Source of the DNA: Octopus vulgaris
Taxonomy: Eukaryota
Assembly (NCBI GenBank): GCA_951406725.2
Contig: OX597814.1
Location: 212,660,001 to 212,724,000 of the forward strand
DNA: 64,000 nt
Direction of reading: 5' to 3'
Below are positions 41,401 through 54,612 of the stretch, piece by piece. Below the pieces are notes generated by a model, which had not been told where the DNA came from, made no database searches, and saw nothing but the letters and a program-made list of their open reading frames with translations. The position numbers and the translations under genes are program-made. Numbering within the stretch: position 1 is the first letter of the stretch; each line of letters opens with the position of its first letter.

Positions 41401-42345
41401 AGTTACATTGCAAATAATTCGCCGACGAAATGTAATTTCTTTCCTGTAACACAATATGCGACTTTATTTGATTTAAATAATTTCGTCTAACCGATTTGTC
41501 ATGTTTCTGCATTTATTATAGTGATGTCACTGCCAGTGTCTAATTGCATTTTGACACTACTAATTTCGGTTCTCACCTTGATGAATATTCTGTTCGTTAT
41601 ACAATTTTTTTTTCTCTGGGAAACTTTATTTTTTTTCTCGTTTAGTCTAATTTTTCAACATCTTAGTTCCGCAGTGCGATTTAAAATATCCTGTGCTCCC
41701 ACAAAGAAAACACTTTGCTATTTTGAGCTGACTCTTTTCTCAGATGCCTGTTACCGCATGCCATATATGGGTTTATCTTCTGTTTATTTTTATGAAACAA
41801 TTTATCAGACCATTCCACACTGGCATTATCGGTAAACAATCTCTGCGTTGGATTTCTTCAGCATCGTTATTTACTTTTAATATCATATCGCACTCTTCTG
41901 ACAGTTTGTGGAGAGTTATCTACTGCTTCCTTTCCACCTTTGCAAGAATTTTCTTTCTGACTTCTGCGACCTTTTAAGCAATAATTATCTGAACAAAATT
42001 CAGGCACTTGAACAAATATGGAGTTAGTTTATCCATTTTAAATCTCAAGCATTGTTTTCACTCTACCCGCATGTGGTAAAATCTTCGTCATCGCTTTTCT
42101 CCGCGTTCAAACACTTCCAACGTAAGTTGAATAACGATGTTTTTTCAATGAACATCCTACATAAAATCTCAATTGTGTCCGTAAAATGTATGTCAGAAAT
42201 TTTCTTAGGCAATAAAAAGTTACAGTATTTCTCATGCCCTATCGTCACCAATTTCCTTAGAATTAGACGCGTTTTCAATTCGTCCGATGGGTCTTGGTAC
42301 TGTTTTTTTGAAAATTTGTTTAACTCTCCAGTAATATACCTTGAA
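41400..42345 (-). mobile_element. Gypsy/Ty3 LTR retrotransposon gag-protease relic
   Basis: RLILRKL..HEKYCNFLLPK, TSLFNLRWKCLN, LFKCLNFVQ, knuckle KCFLCGSTGYFKSHC, aspartic protease MQLDTGSDITIIN. Confidence 0.88.
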
Positions 42346-42399
42346 GCTGACTCCTACACAAACAACACAAAAACAATTCAAAATGTGTTAAAAACACTG

Positions 42400-42630
42400 A
42401 CTAAAACAGCCATACACTCTTCCTTCGGGGGAACGCTCACGGCATCTAATAATATCAGAGACCTGGGTGTAATTGTAGATAACAATCTCAGTTGGAGTAC
42501 CCACTTGAGCAATAAGGTCGATATGGCTCGTAGGATGAGATCCAGGATCTTAAGAAACCTCCAGAGAACAAGGTATCATCATTCCACTTTTCTCCTCCTT
42601 TGTACGACCACACCTCGAATACTGCTGTTT
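42400..42630 (+). mobile_element. CR1-group RT C-terminal fragment
   Basis: IRDLGVIVDNNLSWSTHLSNKVDMARRM..ILR. Confidence 0.8.
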
Positions 42631-42634
42631 ATGT

Positions 42635-43905
42635 TATTTGGTGTTATGGTTTTTCCATAGTTCTGTCTTCGTTGTAGGAGATGAAATGTGGTTGTATTCT
42701 GTTTTTGTTGTTGTCGTAGGTCCCCCCTGTTGCTGTTTATATTTATTTTTCGATCGTCTTGTGCCCTTCAGATGGTGGTGGATGTATTCTGGGTTCAAGC
42801 ACATCCTTAGTGACACAGAAGTCTGGCACAGTTTAGGATGGAAGAAGATGCATCCATTGCATTTTGTGCCTCCATATTTAGGATCAAAGCCATGGGTTCT
42901 GTATTTAGGACAGTATTAGCTGTGGAGGTGAGGGCAGTTTTTTTCCCGTTATGCCATATGGACAGGTGTCCTTAACAAGTCGGCATTCTTTCGGATTAAT
43001 TCGACAAATTCAATGACAAGAAATCGGTTGTTTCCGTGACAATTCGACAATTCACTTCGGATATCTTCGTGACCTCCGTGACAGCTGATGACAGCTACTA
43101 AAATGAGAGGAGGAGGAAAAAGCTAATGGGCTGTGTGCGTGCTTGTTCTTGTCTGTGTGTGTGTGTGTGTGTGCGTGCGTGCGTGTGCGTGTGAGTGTGT
43201 GGGTGGGTGTGTGTGTGTGTGTAAGAAGAAATATGCAAGGTTTTTTGCTGGCATAATTCGTTATATCTATATTCCACAACACATAAATACATACAAACAG
43301 AATAAGCACGCACACACACAAGAAGAAGCACGCACACACAACCCATTAGTTTTCTCCTCCTCCACCCATTTTAGTAGCTGTCATCAGCTGTCACGGAGGT
43401 CACAAAGATATCCGAAGTGAATTATCGAATTGTCACGGAAACAACCGATTTCTTGTCATTGAATCGTCGAGTTAATCCGAAAGAATGCCAACGGCATAAG
43501 GGAGGATGGAAAAAAGCACAGCGTCCCTTGTTGTTGGTGCCTTTGGGGCCAAATCTACAGTTGCCTTGAGAATGGTAACGAGAAGCATAGTAGAGGTTCC
43601 AATGTAGTAGCAGTAGCAGGCTGTTGTTGTTGTGGTAGTGAGTCCTGGTTTGCCACGGTAGTGCTGGGTGGAATTAGGTCAGGTAGGATATCAATGAGGG
43701 TGTTGTTTGTTATTGGCTAACGGGTCGTTGAAGTGGCCCCTTACCTGTTGGAGTTGGGACCGTTGGTGGACTACATCCGTTGACAAGTATGGCTTCATGT
43801 GTTGCCATGTGCGTGTGTAAAGTATGAAAAGATCTTGTGGTTTCTTTCATTTTGTTTTCGATCTGTTGTACAGACCTATAAAAGGATTGTGACGCTAATT
43901 TTTCA
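42635..43905 (-). mobile_element. CR1-group LINE ORF1 fragment with Cys/His-rich fingers, split by a fold-back element
   Basis: TCPYGITGK, CIFFHPKLCQTSVSLRMCLNPE..HHLKGTRR; 43640-43900 is homologous to 9200-9470. Confidence 0.6.
42979..43492. mobile_element. Fold-back/MITE-like element with about 185-bp inverted arms ending in TG/CA tracts
   Basis: gtcggcattctttcggattaa... vs ...ttaatccgaaagaatgccaac; arms highly similar. Confidence 0.88.
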
Positions 43906-43913
43906 GCGATTTT

Positions 43914-44134
43914 CTGGTAGAAACGTTAGCACGCCGGGCGAAATGTCTAGCGGTATTTCGTATGCCGTTATGTTCTGAGTTCAAATTCCGCCGAGGTCGT
44001 CTTTGCCTTTCATCCTTTCAGGGTCGATAAATTAAGTACCAGTTACGCACTGGGGTCGATATAATCGACTTAATCCCTTTGTCTGTCCTTGTTTGTCCAC
44101 TCTATGTTCAGCCCCTTGTGGGCAATAAAGAAAT
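43914..44134 (+). mobile_element. SINE family A
   Basis: Close match to 19978-20206. Confidence 0.92.
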
Positions 44135-44758
44135 GGATTTTACCGTAGACATTAGCTTTTACGTGGACGTGCGTATATGTATGTGATCGTGTGATGTTGT
44201 CTAATGTATGAGGCTTTCAGATGTGTGTATGTACAAGCGCATATCTGTAGCCGTTAATGTGTACATGTTTCAGTGCGTGTCTCCTTGTGTTGCTTTTAGG
44301 GTACGTGTACATAGTGTGCGAGTAACGTTATTGCGAGTGACGTTATGCTCGAATGTGTACAATCAACTATCGAGTATGAGACGTTTTTGCATAGCCGTTT
44401 TGGCAACACTTCTTTTGCATCTCAGATCCACGCTGATATATTTGACACTATACGAAAGCGCCTCAAATTCTTTCTCACCTCTACTCCTTTCTCTCTCAAT
44501 CTCTATTTTTCTCTGTCTCTGTCCCTGGCTCTCATTCATTCTCTCTTTTTGTCTTTCCCCCTGTCTCTTTTCTTTCTCTTCCTCTCTCTCTCTCTCTCTT
44601 TTCTTTCTCTCCCTCGCTCTCTCTGTGTTTATGTATGCCAGCATAAGTTGTGTTTGTATGCATGTGTATTGACTCCCCTTCTGTATGTCTATCTGTGTCT
44701 CTGCTTGTCTATCTGTGTCTCTCTCTCTTTCTTTCAATTTTCTGTCTATCTATCTATC

Positions 44759-44809
<51 letters not shown>

Positions 44810-46042
44810 GTGTGTGTATGTATGTGTGTGTGTATTTCTTTGATTAATATATGTCCATGCGCGCGTCTGTTTGGCTCCTATGACAGAAAGCATAGTCGCC
44901 AAAACATAGTGCATGTGCATCTCTGCCGTACCAAATCCCATCCCCATCCGCTGAACAGTTTCGTCTGTTCGTCTCAGATATGTCGATTTTTAATATAACT
45001 CCTTATATCGTCTTAACTTGTGTCATTATGCTATGTACATATAAGTACCTTGCCTTTGAATCTGTATATGTATGTATACTGACCTTTCGCAGTTTATCTT
45101 CCCGAGATTTCACTTCTATACGCATACAAATAAATTCAAATTTATGTATCACTAACGCTTCTTTAATTATTTAACCAACAAAGCGAAATCAAGAATGCAG
45201 CAATAGTATATATTCAAATTTAGGAATTTCATAAAATGCTCGTTTTTAACTTGCATGCATGTATGCATTTCAATGCGTATATTCGCTACATTAGTTCGCT
45301 CTCAATATATATACTATTTATTCTCTTATTCTGTAATTTGTATTCTCTTTCATTGGAATGCATTCATGAAAGTTCAACTGGTATTTTATTTGTGTGGTAC
45401 CGACTTTTTTTTATATTTGATGCTAGAGTGCATACGGTTTAATTGCGTTCATTTAGGTATCGACATGTTGCGATGTAAATAACCCAGAATTTACACTGGA
45501 AGACACTAACTCATTCAAAATACAGATACGTATGCAATATAGCGGAGGGAAAAACCCTAGTTGTTATCATAAATAATAAATAAAAACACAGATAATAAAT
45601 AAAATTATGATAGTGCTTCACATAATTAGTTACACAACTTCTATTAACTGAGACTATACTTAGAACTAGTAAACAAAAATTCCCTCTACGACTGATTATA
45701 CATCTAAATATAATAAGCGAGTGAGACATTTCTTTCATCTTCAATTAAATGAAATTTTGAATATATATATATATTGTATAGTAATGTAAAAGTTATTGTC
45801 TTTAAGCAATTGACTTGTTTCTGTACAAAGAGACCTCATAAATGCTAAAATCTACACAGATTGTAAAACTGCAAGTGGCCAATGTCCAAAAAATATTGAC
45901 CAAAAGTCTTAGGCATATCATCTCATAAAAGCGTTAAGGAAATTATAAGCTGCGATTTTTATTGTTCCCAATATGTCCTCATATATTTCTCTGGTATACG
46001 GCAATATTTTCACATTATCTGTCGCAGTTATCTTCTATTTTT

Positions 46043-46312
46043 AACTCGTTTCATTCATTCGGCTACGGCCATTTTAGGGCACCACCTTCAATATATTACG
46101 TCAAATAAAACAGACCAGTACTTATCTGTTAAAAGCCAGGGACTTTTCGATCTGTTTTGCTGAACCATTAACTGAACCATAAATATACAAATACCGCTTG
46201 TCAAGCGGTGGGTTAGAGCTGTATGACTCATTCACAAGGAACCGCGCAATGGAATCGAACTCGCAACTCCTGGTTGCAAATCGAGCTTCTTAAGCACACA
46301 GCCATGCCTGCA
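46043..46312 (-). mobile_element. Diverged SINE family B relative
   Basis: actcgtttcattcattcggctacggccat...cgcttgtcaagcggtgg...cacacagccatgcctgc. Confidence 0.65.
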
Positions 46313-46648
46313 TCTTTATACAGAATAATATTACAGTATAATATTTTCAAAGAAACCTTTGAGATCGAAAAATTTCAAAGAAAATATTTCTAAAACTCTG
46401 TTTTATGAAATCTGTATTGCTATAGCTTTCAAACACGTTCAATACAAAATATAATTTCAAATTATCAAGGGGATAAATATTGATTGCATAACACAGCCTC
46501 AGTCATATCAAACAAATTTCATAATGGAATATATAGGAATTATCGAATTTGTTAGGAAATATAAGTTGTATAATGTCGCAATAGCGGGAAAATAGAACTA
46601 AATAGCATATCTTCACACATTTATAGTGATGTACATATGAATACGTAT

Positions 46649-46739
<91 letters not shown>

Positions 46740-46832
46740 TGTGAGTGAACGTGCATGAGTGTGTAGGCGCGTATAAGTGTATGTATATATGTATATATAT
46801 AAATATATATATATATATATAAGTAAATATAC

Positions 46833-46863
<31 letters not shown>

Positions 46864-46914
46864 AGTAAATATACATATGTATATATATATATATATATAA
46901 TAAATATACATATG

Positions 46915-46975
<61 letters not shown>

Positions 46976-47580
46976 TGTGTGCATGAGTGTGTGTGTGAGT
47001 GTGCGTGTATGTATATCTATATGAATGTGTCTGTCTGTATGTATGGAGGTATGTATGTATATGTTTGAAGAAATACTTTCTTACATTAAAAATTAGTAAT
47101 TATAGAAAAGAACTTTAAAATTTTTTTTTTTAAATAAAAAATGATACAAATCTTTTGGAAGGAAGTCTTTTCGTTGTTTACTGTTTCTCATACACATCTC
47201 AAATGGGGTAATCTGTATAAAGATATACGGGTATATCTGTATGTGTTGTATAAGACTGAGTGGACGCTTGTTCCTGATACTACGGCTGCAATTAGTTTTT
47301 AAAATATCTCAACCGATTCTGATGATAAGTGCAGTTAGTTGTTATGTATCGGATGGCTTAGTGTCCCGCTTAGAAGAGTTTTAGTCTCACAGTCATCTAA
47401 ACGATTTTAAAAGCCAGTTCGAATTCAACCTCATGATCCTGTCTCATGAAGCCTCATCTGATATAATCTGTAGGCTCGGAGCAGAAGTACCGCTTTCGGA
47501 ACCAGGTCAATTTGTAACAGCAACATGATTTGTTTTGCATTTTGCTTATACTAGGTATTCACAATATATATTTATATGCT

Positions 47581-47770
47581 TAAGACTTATAAGCGATCAC
47601 CGTACACTATGATAAATAGTCTAATATTGAGGCATATAAGCCCTCGACGGAAAAAAAGTAAAGTTTGCCATACGCATGAGACTCGAACCCACACCTCTAT
47701 ATATTCGCGATATACCCCAATGTTAGACTATTTACCTTAGTCAATGCACGGTGAACATTTATAACCCTTA
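47581..47770. mobile_element. Small inverted-repeat element with tRNA-like interior
   Basis: About 57-bp imperfect inverted arms; minus-strand B box ggttcgagtct near 47680-47690 followed by a T run. Confidence 0.5.
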
Positions 47771-48785
47771 ACCCTTCATGGGCTAGTGGGGTTGGAATTA
47801 CACAAAAGATCATTGGGGTTTTCTTTTATTTTTGCGCATTTCCACACTCCATAAAGTAATATCTGTTTCATCTTGTACATATGTGTGAGTGCATGATACA
47901 GAAAAGAAATTTAGCATTGTTTATATAGTTTTATAAACTCTAGATATAGCTCTATATATAAAAATAAAACAATAAGAATGAACGAAAAAGGTTTATCGAT
48001 TCATATCAGTACAAATACGAAGAAAATTGAATTATAGTTCATCAGAATATCTGAAAAAAGAACAGAAAAGAATAATTTCATACAAAGCCAATGGTGTCCA
48101 GTTGAACCCAATGAACATATTTCACGCTATAACATCCATATGACTGGATATTTTAAACTCAAAATTTGTATGTGCATACATAAACTATTGAGAATAAAAG
48201 CAATGAGATATGAAATCATTTAAATAAAATATACAAACTTTGGATAACTCTTAAAATTTTCTGGGGCAAACTTATAAAATATTATTATTATCATTTACAG
48301 AAGTGTAAAATTCGGTGCGGTTTACGAATTAATCGCATAAAATATCTGTGAAATCCTAAACTCTGCGTTTTTATGTTTTTTTTCTGTCTAAAATATATTT
48401 AAACCGTTACATTCTTTGTTCCACTGTCAATTTTCAAAGGGAATATTTGCGTTTCAAAAGATAAAACGAAAACTTATGAAACCCACATTGTCATGCCTTT
48501 TAAAACTGTTAAAATTGTATGATGAGTTCCAATTATTAAGATACACGTAGAGAGAGAGCAACAAATCAACGTACACAATTGAACTAAATTTTCTAAACGC
48601 GTGCATATTGATTATCGAATAAATTATGAGAGCAAAGTTATATAGTTTCACTCTTAGAAGAATAACTCTACATTTATCCACACATATACACATTCACACA
48701 CATTACATATATATATATATTTATATATATATATATATATATACACGTGTGTGTGTGTGTGTGTGTGTGTGTATAATCTAAATGG

Positions 48786-48888
48786 CACCAACACTCAAGA
48801 CCACCACAAACACTAAAAGATAAAATGATCTGGAGTGTCCACCTGTCACAGCCCAATACGTGTCTATGTAAATACATATATACATGCA
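48786..48888. repeat. About 105-bp direct repeat, copy 1
   Basis: caccaacactca.gaccacc.caaacactaaaagataaaa...gtgtctatgtaaatacatat, repeated at 50498-50603. Confidence 0.85.
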
Positions 48889-49126
48889 TATATGTGTATG
48901 TGTGTATGTGTGTGTGTGTGTGTCGGTATGTCTATATGTAATTATACATATATATATATAATTATGAATGCATGTAAATATATATACGTGTGAGTGTTTG
49001 TGCGTATACTTATATACGCATACATATCCGCAAGCGTATGAACACTTATACAAGCTTCTTTGTGTGTTATGTATGTATTCGTCCGTACATACGTACTCGC
49101 ACATATACGTGTGCATATATGTTTAC

Positions 49127-49166
<40 letters not shown>

Positions 49167-49893
49167 GTATATATATACTCACATATATATATATACTCAC
49201 ATATATATATGTGTGTGTGTGTATATATATATGAGTTCGAGAGTGTATGTTTGTGTATGTGTGTGTGTTTAGTTGTGTGTGTGAAGAATGTATATAATTA
49301 TTTATTGGATAAGGTAGGAAGATAGATACACTGATATTTACTAATTTCCGCAGCTGGACCATATTTAATTAATATGTTTTTGAAATAAGACATTTTATTT
49401 TCATTTAATGAATAATTAATAAACGTATTTTCCCCTTTTCTTTCTCCTATAGTTAATTTATTTCATATGTTGCTACATATGTTAGAGAGATAATGTGAGT
49501 TTTGTCACGCAATTGTGGCTATAGATTTTTATTTAAGTTTTGACGTAAATAATGTGCATTCCGTTTTCAAACTTTTCCAACTTACAAGACTTTAGCTATA
49601 CACATATATACATGCAAATGTGTGTGCGTGCATGTGTGGTGTAATTATGATTACAAAACTATACCTTGAATACTGTGTTGATTGAAATTTGCATAGGCAG
49701 ATATCTAGTATGTCATTGTAGGTACATAATTTAAGTCTACCGACAGGAGAGGGGCAAGATTTGTAACGTCAATTCGGTTTAATGTTTAACATTTGTATAC
49801 GGTTTAGAGCAGATGATGCGTTCGAATTCTGCAGGGACGTTATGGATTTGTACGCTTTCTTATATATCGTAAAGATATTGTATGAACTCACGC

Positions 49894-49962
<69 letters not shown>

Positions 49963-49963
<1 letters not shown>

Positions 49964-50362
49964 CTCTTTTACTCTTTTACTTGTTTCAGTCATTTGACTG
50001 CGGCCATGCTGGAGCACCGCCTTTAGTCGAGCAAATCGACCCCGGGACTTATTCTTTGTAAGCCCAGTACTTATTCTATCGGTCTCTTTTGCCGAACTAC
50101 TAAGTGACGGGGACGTAAACACACCAGCATCGGTTGTCAAGCAACGCTAGGGGGACAAACACAGACACACAAACTTATATATATATATATACATATATAC
50201 GACAGGCTTCTTTCAGTTTCCGTTTACCAAATCCACTCACAAGGCATTGGTCGGCTTGGGGTTATAGCAGAAGACACTTGCCCAAGATGCCACGCAGTGG
50301 GACTGAACCCGGAACCATGTGGCTGGTTAGCAAGCTACTTACCACATAGCCACTCCTGCGCC
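49963..50362 (-). mobile_element. SINE family B, full length
   Basis: Reverse complement closely matches 61961-62358. Confidence 0.93.
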
Positions 50363-50497
50363 ATATATATATATATATATGAAAAACGCTATCACATAAC
50401 AAATTTTGTTCTAGATAAACTTTGTGGTAATATTCTAAATCTTATTAATGATAATGTTGTTGTTAAGAATGAGATCCTATTTGTGTAATTTAAAGGT

Positions 50498-50603
50498 CAC
50501 CAACACTCATGACCACCGCAAACACTAAAAGATAAAAATGCCCGGGGTGGCCAGTTGTCACAGCCCCATACACGTGTCTATGTAAATACATATATATACA
50601 TGC
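50498..50603. repeat. About 105-bp direct repeat, copy 2
   Basis: Matches 48786-48888. Confidence 0.85.
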
Positions 50604-50610
50604 TTATCTC

Positions 50611-50840
50611 GGCGGCGAGATGGCAGAAACGTTAACGCGCCGGGCGAAATGTGTAGCCGTACTTCGTCTACCGTTACGTTCTGGGTTCAAATTCCGCCGA
50701 GGCCGACTTTGCCTTTCATCCTTTCGGGGTCGATAAATTAAGTACCAGTTACGTACTGGGGTCAGTGTAATCGACTTAATCCCTTTGTCTGTCCTTGTTT
50801 GTCCCCTCTATGTTTAGCCCCTTGTGGGTAGTAAATAAAT

Positions 50841-50841
<1 letters not shown>
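50611..50841 (+). mobile_element. SINE family A
   Basis: Close match to 19978-20206. Confidence 0.92.
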
Positions 50842-50875
<34 letters not shown>

Positions 50876-51429
50876 CGTGTGTGTGAATGTGTGTGTGTGT
50901 GTGTATGCGTGCATGTGTAGGTATGTCTGTATACATAGAGTAGAGACAGAAGCTACCCCAACTCACTAAATCATGATGTTTATCGGAGAAAGATTTTTTT
51001 TCATTTTTTAGTGGCTTTTTTCAACATACTAACCTCCATAGTGTACCTAAACCCACTCCACTTTATTATCTTTCGCTGAAAATTCGATACTATTTATTTT
51101 GTGATCAGAGTTATAAATTCTGCTCAAATAATTCAGCGCATTTTGTATGTGATATATTGAAAAATGATTTCATCTGATTGTGTTTTTTACTCGTTGATTT
51201 CTTTCTCTTTTCTGTTTATTAGATATGTCTTCCTTTCTTTGAAGGTACATACATGTACCTAACCGCATCCCTAGGCTAATTGCACTTTTAATTAGATAAA
51301 GTCCAACATTGAAAACTATTGGGAAATAGATATCGATGAATTACTCCCCTAAAATGTGAACAGCTGTTATCAATATGGAAAATCAGACAAGCAGTACAAT
51401 TTAACCGTATTAGATATAAAACAATGAAT

Positions 51430-51920
51430 AATATAGTCGCGAGTGTGATTGAAAAAGAGCAATGTTAAGTGAAGAAAACATCTGGGAGACGAGAGTAAGT
51501 TCCTGAGAGATCAAACGTGATCTTAAAGAGAAAGATATTAAATATCGACGTGCAACAGTTAGGAAGATAGCGAATTATATGGATAAGTGAAAATATAGAG
51601 GAAAAACAATTTTGTATGACTGGATTTCGACGAAGGTTTTCCAAAACGAAATCCAATTGATTCAAAGAAAGATGTAACGAAAACGCAAAAGTAGGCTACA
51701 AAGCTGTTCGAGAAATTAGACAACTTTTCGCCAACAATATGGTCTAACAAAGCAAATACTGTCAATTTTACCATTCAATGATAATATATGTATGTTGCAA
51801 CAAAACCAAAATATGGGTACCTGTTTGCAGAAATTGTAAAAATGGAAGTGTTGGAGTGATCGTGGAAAGGAATTACAAGTGATAGACCAATTAGACATAT
51901 TTTTGCTCAAAATCAGTTGA
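51430..51920 (+). mobile_element. Decayed Tc1-like transposase fragment
   Basis: Remnants SGR, YRRATVRKI, GFRRRFSKTK, WKGITS in the expected Tc1 order. Confidence 0.5.
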
Positions 51921-52549
51921 ATGGATGAAAATTCTGTCTAATAGTTGGAATTACTCTATTACTCTTCTATTTTGACCTATGAGCTGATAAGAAGCTGAGT
52001 CTGTTTTCAAGAATTCGTGCCTTATGTAACACAAGCTTGAAAAGCATCTCTTAGATTCTAATCGCGGAAATGAGTTGATGAAATCCTACGTTTTAATCCA
52101 TTAGAACTTATACGAGGACATCTTGATTGAAGGTGGCATACAAATTGTCAAATTTTGCGTCAAGTACAGAACAGAAAAAAGCACTAACTGTGAAATGCAC
52201 ACACATTAAGGAATGTACTTGTGATCATTTAATTGAACCCATGTCCAATAGACTGAGAATACGTGATATTAACTTAAGGAAGACGAACGAAATACTGAGA
52301 CAAAACCTCGTTAATTTTGGCTGTTTTCAAGACGTTCATGAGGTAAATAAACACTGTGTTTTATTACACTAGCTATAATCTTATTGTAGTCCATTATATG
52401 TCAATAATATTAATACGCTATCTTTTTTTGTTTTTGTATTACCTGTTGTATGCGTCACACTTACTTCAAAGAAGTAGCAAAGTGAGAGAAGAGGACAGAA
52501 AGGAAGTAAGAGAGAAAGAGAGAAAGAGTCAGAAAGTGAGAGAGTGAGA

Positions 52550-52624
52550 CAGAAAGAGAAAGATTGAAAGAGACAGTGAGTGGTGACTGAGTTCTTTTAT
52601 GTTTTTAAATGTTTCAAACAGAAA

Positions 52625-52679
<55 letters not shown>

Positions 52680-52825
52680 TGAGTGTTGACGGAGTTCGTT
52701 TTGTGTTTTTAAATGTTTCAGATAGGACGTAAGAGAAAGAAAGAGAGTGAGAGATTGAGAAAAGGGAAGAATGAAAGAGACAGTGAGTGGTGACGGTGTT
52801 CGTTTTGTGTTTTTAAATGTTTATC
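52550..52825. repeat. Three-unit tandem repeat separated by (GA)n
   Basis: gagtg.tgac.gagttc.tttt.tgtttttaaatgttt at about 52578, 52681 and 52785. Confidence 0.8.
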
Positions 52826-53208
52826 ACAAGAGAAGTAGATACATAGATACATAAACATATTGTTAAATCAAAACTGGGAGACAAGAGGGACAAGTGAGAG
52901 AGACAGTTCATACATAGATACATAGACACAGCTGTCAATTTCACTTTTCATTACCACACGAGGATAAACTTAACTCACAAATGGCTGTGTAATCCACTAA
53001 CATGCATAACATTAAAGTAGTTCTCAGGGAGATTCAGCCTCACACAGAATATGACAAGGCTTGCTCCTTTGAATTACAGCTACAGCTTGAGATATTAATA
53101 TATGAATGTATTTGTGTGTGTAGTATAGGTTAGTTACAACATGTTTGCAATAATAAGTATCGCGTGGTGGAAATAAACGCAATTCCCAAACTTTCATTCA
53201 TAAATCCA

Positions 53209-53807
53209 TATTTCTTTACTACCCACAAGGGGCTAAACACAGAGGGAACAAACAAGGACAGACAAACGGATTAAGTCGATTATATCGATCCTAGTGCGTA
53301 ACTGGTACTTATCTAATCGACCCCGAAAGGATGAAAGGCAAAGTCGAGCCCGGCGGAATTTGAACTCAGTACGTAGCGGCAGACGAAATACCTATTTCTT
53401 TACTACCCACAAGGGGGTAAGCACAGAGGGAACAAACAAGGACAGACAAACGGATTAAGTCGATTATATCGACCCTAGTGCGTAACTGGTACTTATTTAA
53501 TCGACCCCGAAAGGATGAAAGGCAAAGTCGACCCCGGTAGAATTTGAACTCAGTACGTAGCGGCAGACGAAATACCTATTTCTTTACTACCTACAAGGGG
53601 GTAAGCACAGAGGGAACAAACAAGGACAGACAAACGGATTAAGTCGATTTTATCGGCCCCAGTGCGTAACTGGTGCTTATTTAATCGACCCCGAAAGGAT
53701 GAAAGGCAAAGTCGACCTCGGTGCAATTTGAATTCAAAACGTAGCGGCAGACGAACTAATGCTAAGCCTTTCGCCCGGCGTGCTAACGTTTCTGCCAGCT
53801 CGCCGCC
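53209..53807 (-). mobile_element. SINE family A head-to-tail trimer (one full copy plus two headless 184-bp units)
   Basis: Units 53209-53392, 53393-53576 and 53577-53807. Confidence 0.92.
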
Positions 53808-53809
53808 TT

Positions 53810-54059
53810 TGATTCAGTCGTTAGATTGCGGGCATACTGGAGTACAACGTTTAAGATTTTCGGTCAATGAAATCGGCCACGATATGTACTTATATTTTTG
53901 TTTAAACCTGGTACCTATTCAATCGCTCCTTTTTGCCAAACCGCTAAGTTACGGAGACGTAAGCAAATCAACGCCGTTTGTCAAGCGGTGGTGGACAACA
54001 TAATCACAAAAGCTCAAACACGTCAATACACACACACACACACATCTCTCCCTCACACA

Positions 54060-54149
<90 letters not shown>

Positions 54150-54168
54150 TTATACATATTTATACATA

Positions 54169-54237
<69 letters not shown>

Positions 54238-54425
54238 TTTGTCAGTGAACAGGTCGCGGATTTTAGCGACGAAAATATTTTGACAAATTAAACTTAAATG
54301 TTGGAGTGAATCGAACGGCTTTTGTGTGTTTCTTAAATGGCTTATAAACACCTCCCACGCTGCAATTGTTTTCGTTTCAGCACACGATCTCAGATCAAAT
54401 TACTTGCTATGCGAGTACATCTCCG

Positions 54426-54469
<44 letters not shown>

Positions 54470-54612
54470 CACGGCGGGATTTTTTCGTTTTCCGTCTACC
54501 AAATCCATGAACGAGGATTTGGTCGGCCCGAGGATGTAGTAGAAAACACTTGCCCGAGATGCCACGCAGTACGACTGAACATTTGTTTCGGAATCAAACT
54601 TCTTACCACGTA
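53810..54612 (-). mobile_element. Diverged SINE family B with expanded microsatellites and an internal insertion
   Basis: Tail homology at 53810-54000; head homology at 54470-54612. Confidence 0.65.

Noticed and set aside
41744-41831. Exon-like segment with plausible splice sites (DACYRMPYMG...)
   Set aside because: It is the antisense strand of the Gypsy gag zinc-knuckle region.
42972-42980. TTAACAAGT shared with the end of the fold-back element at 1842-1850
   Set aside because: Not mirrored at the other end and probably belongs to the flanking LINE ORF1 sequence.
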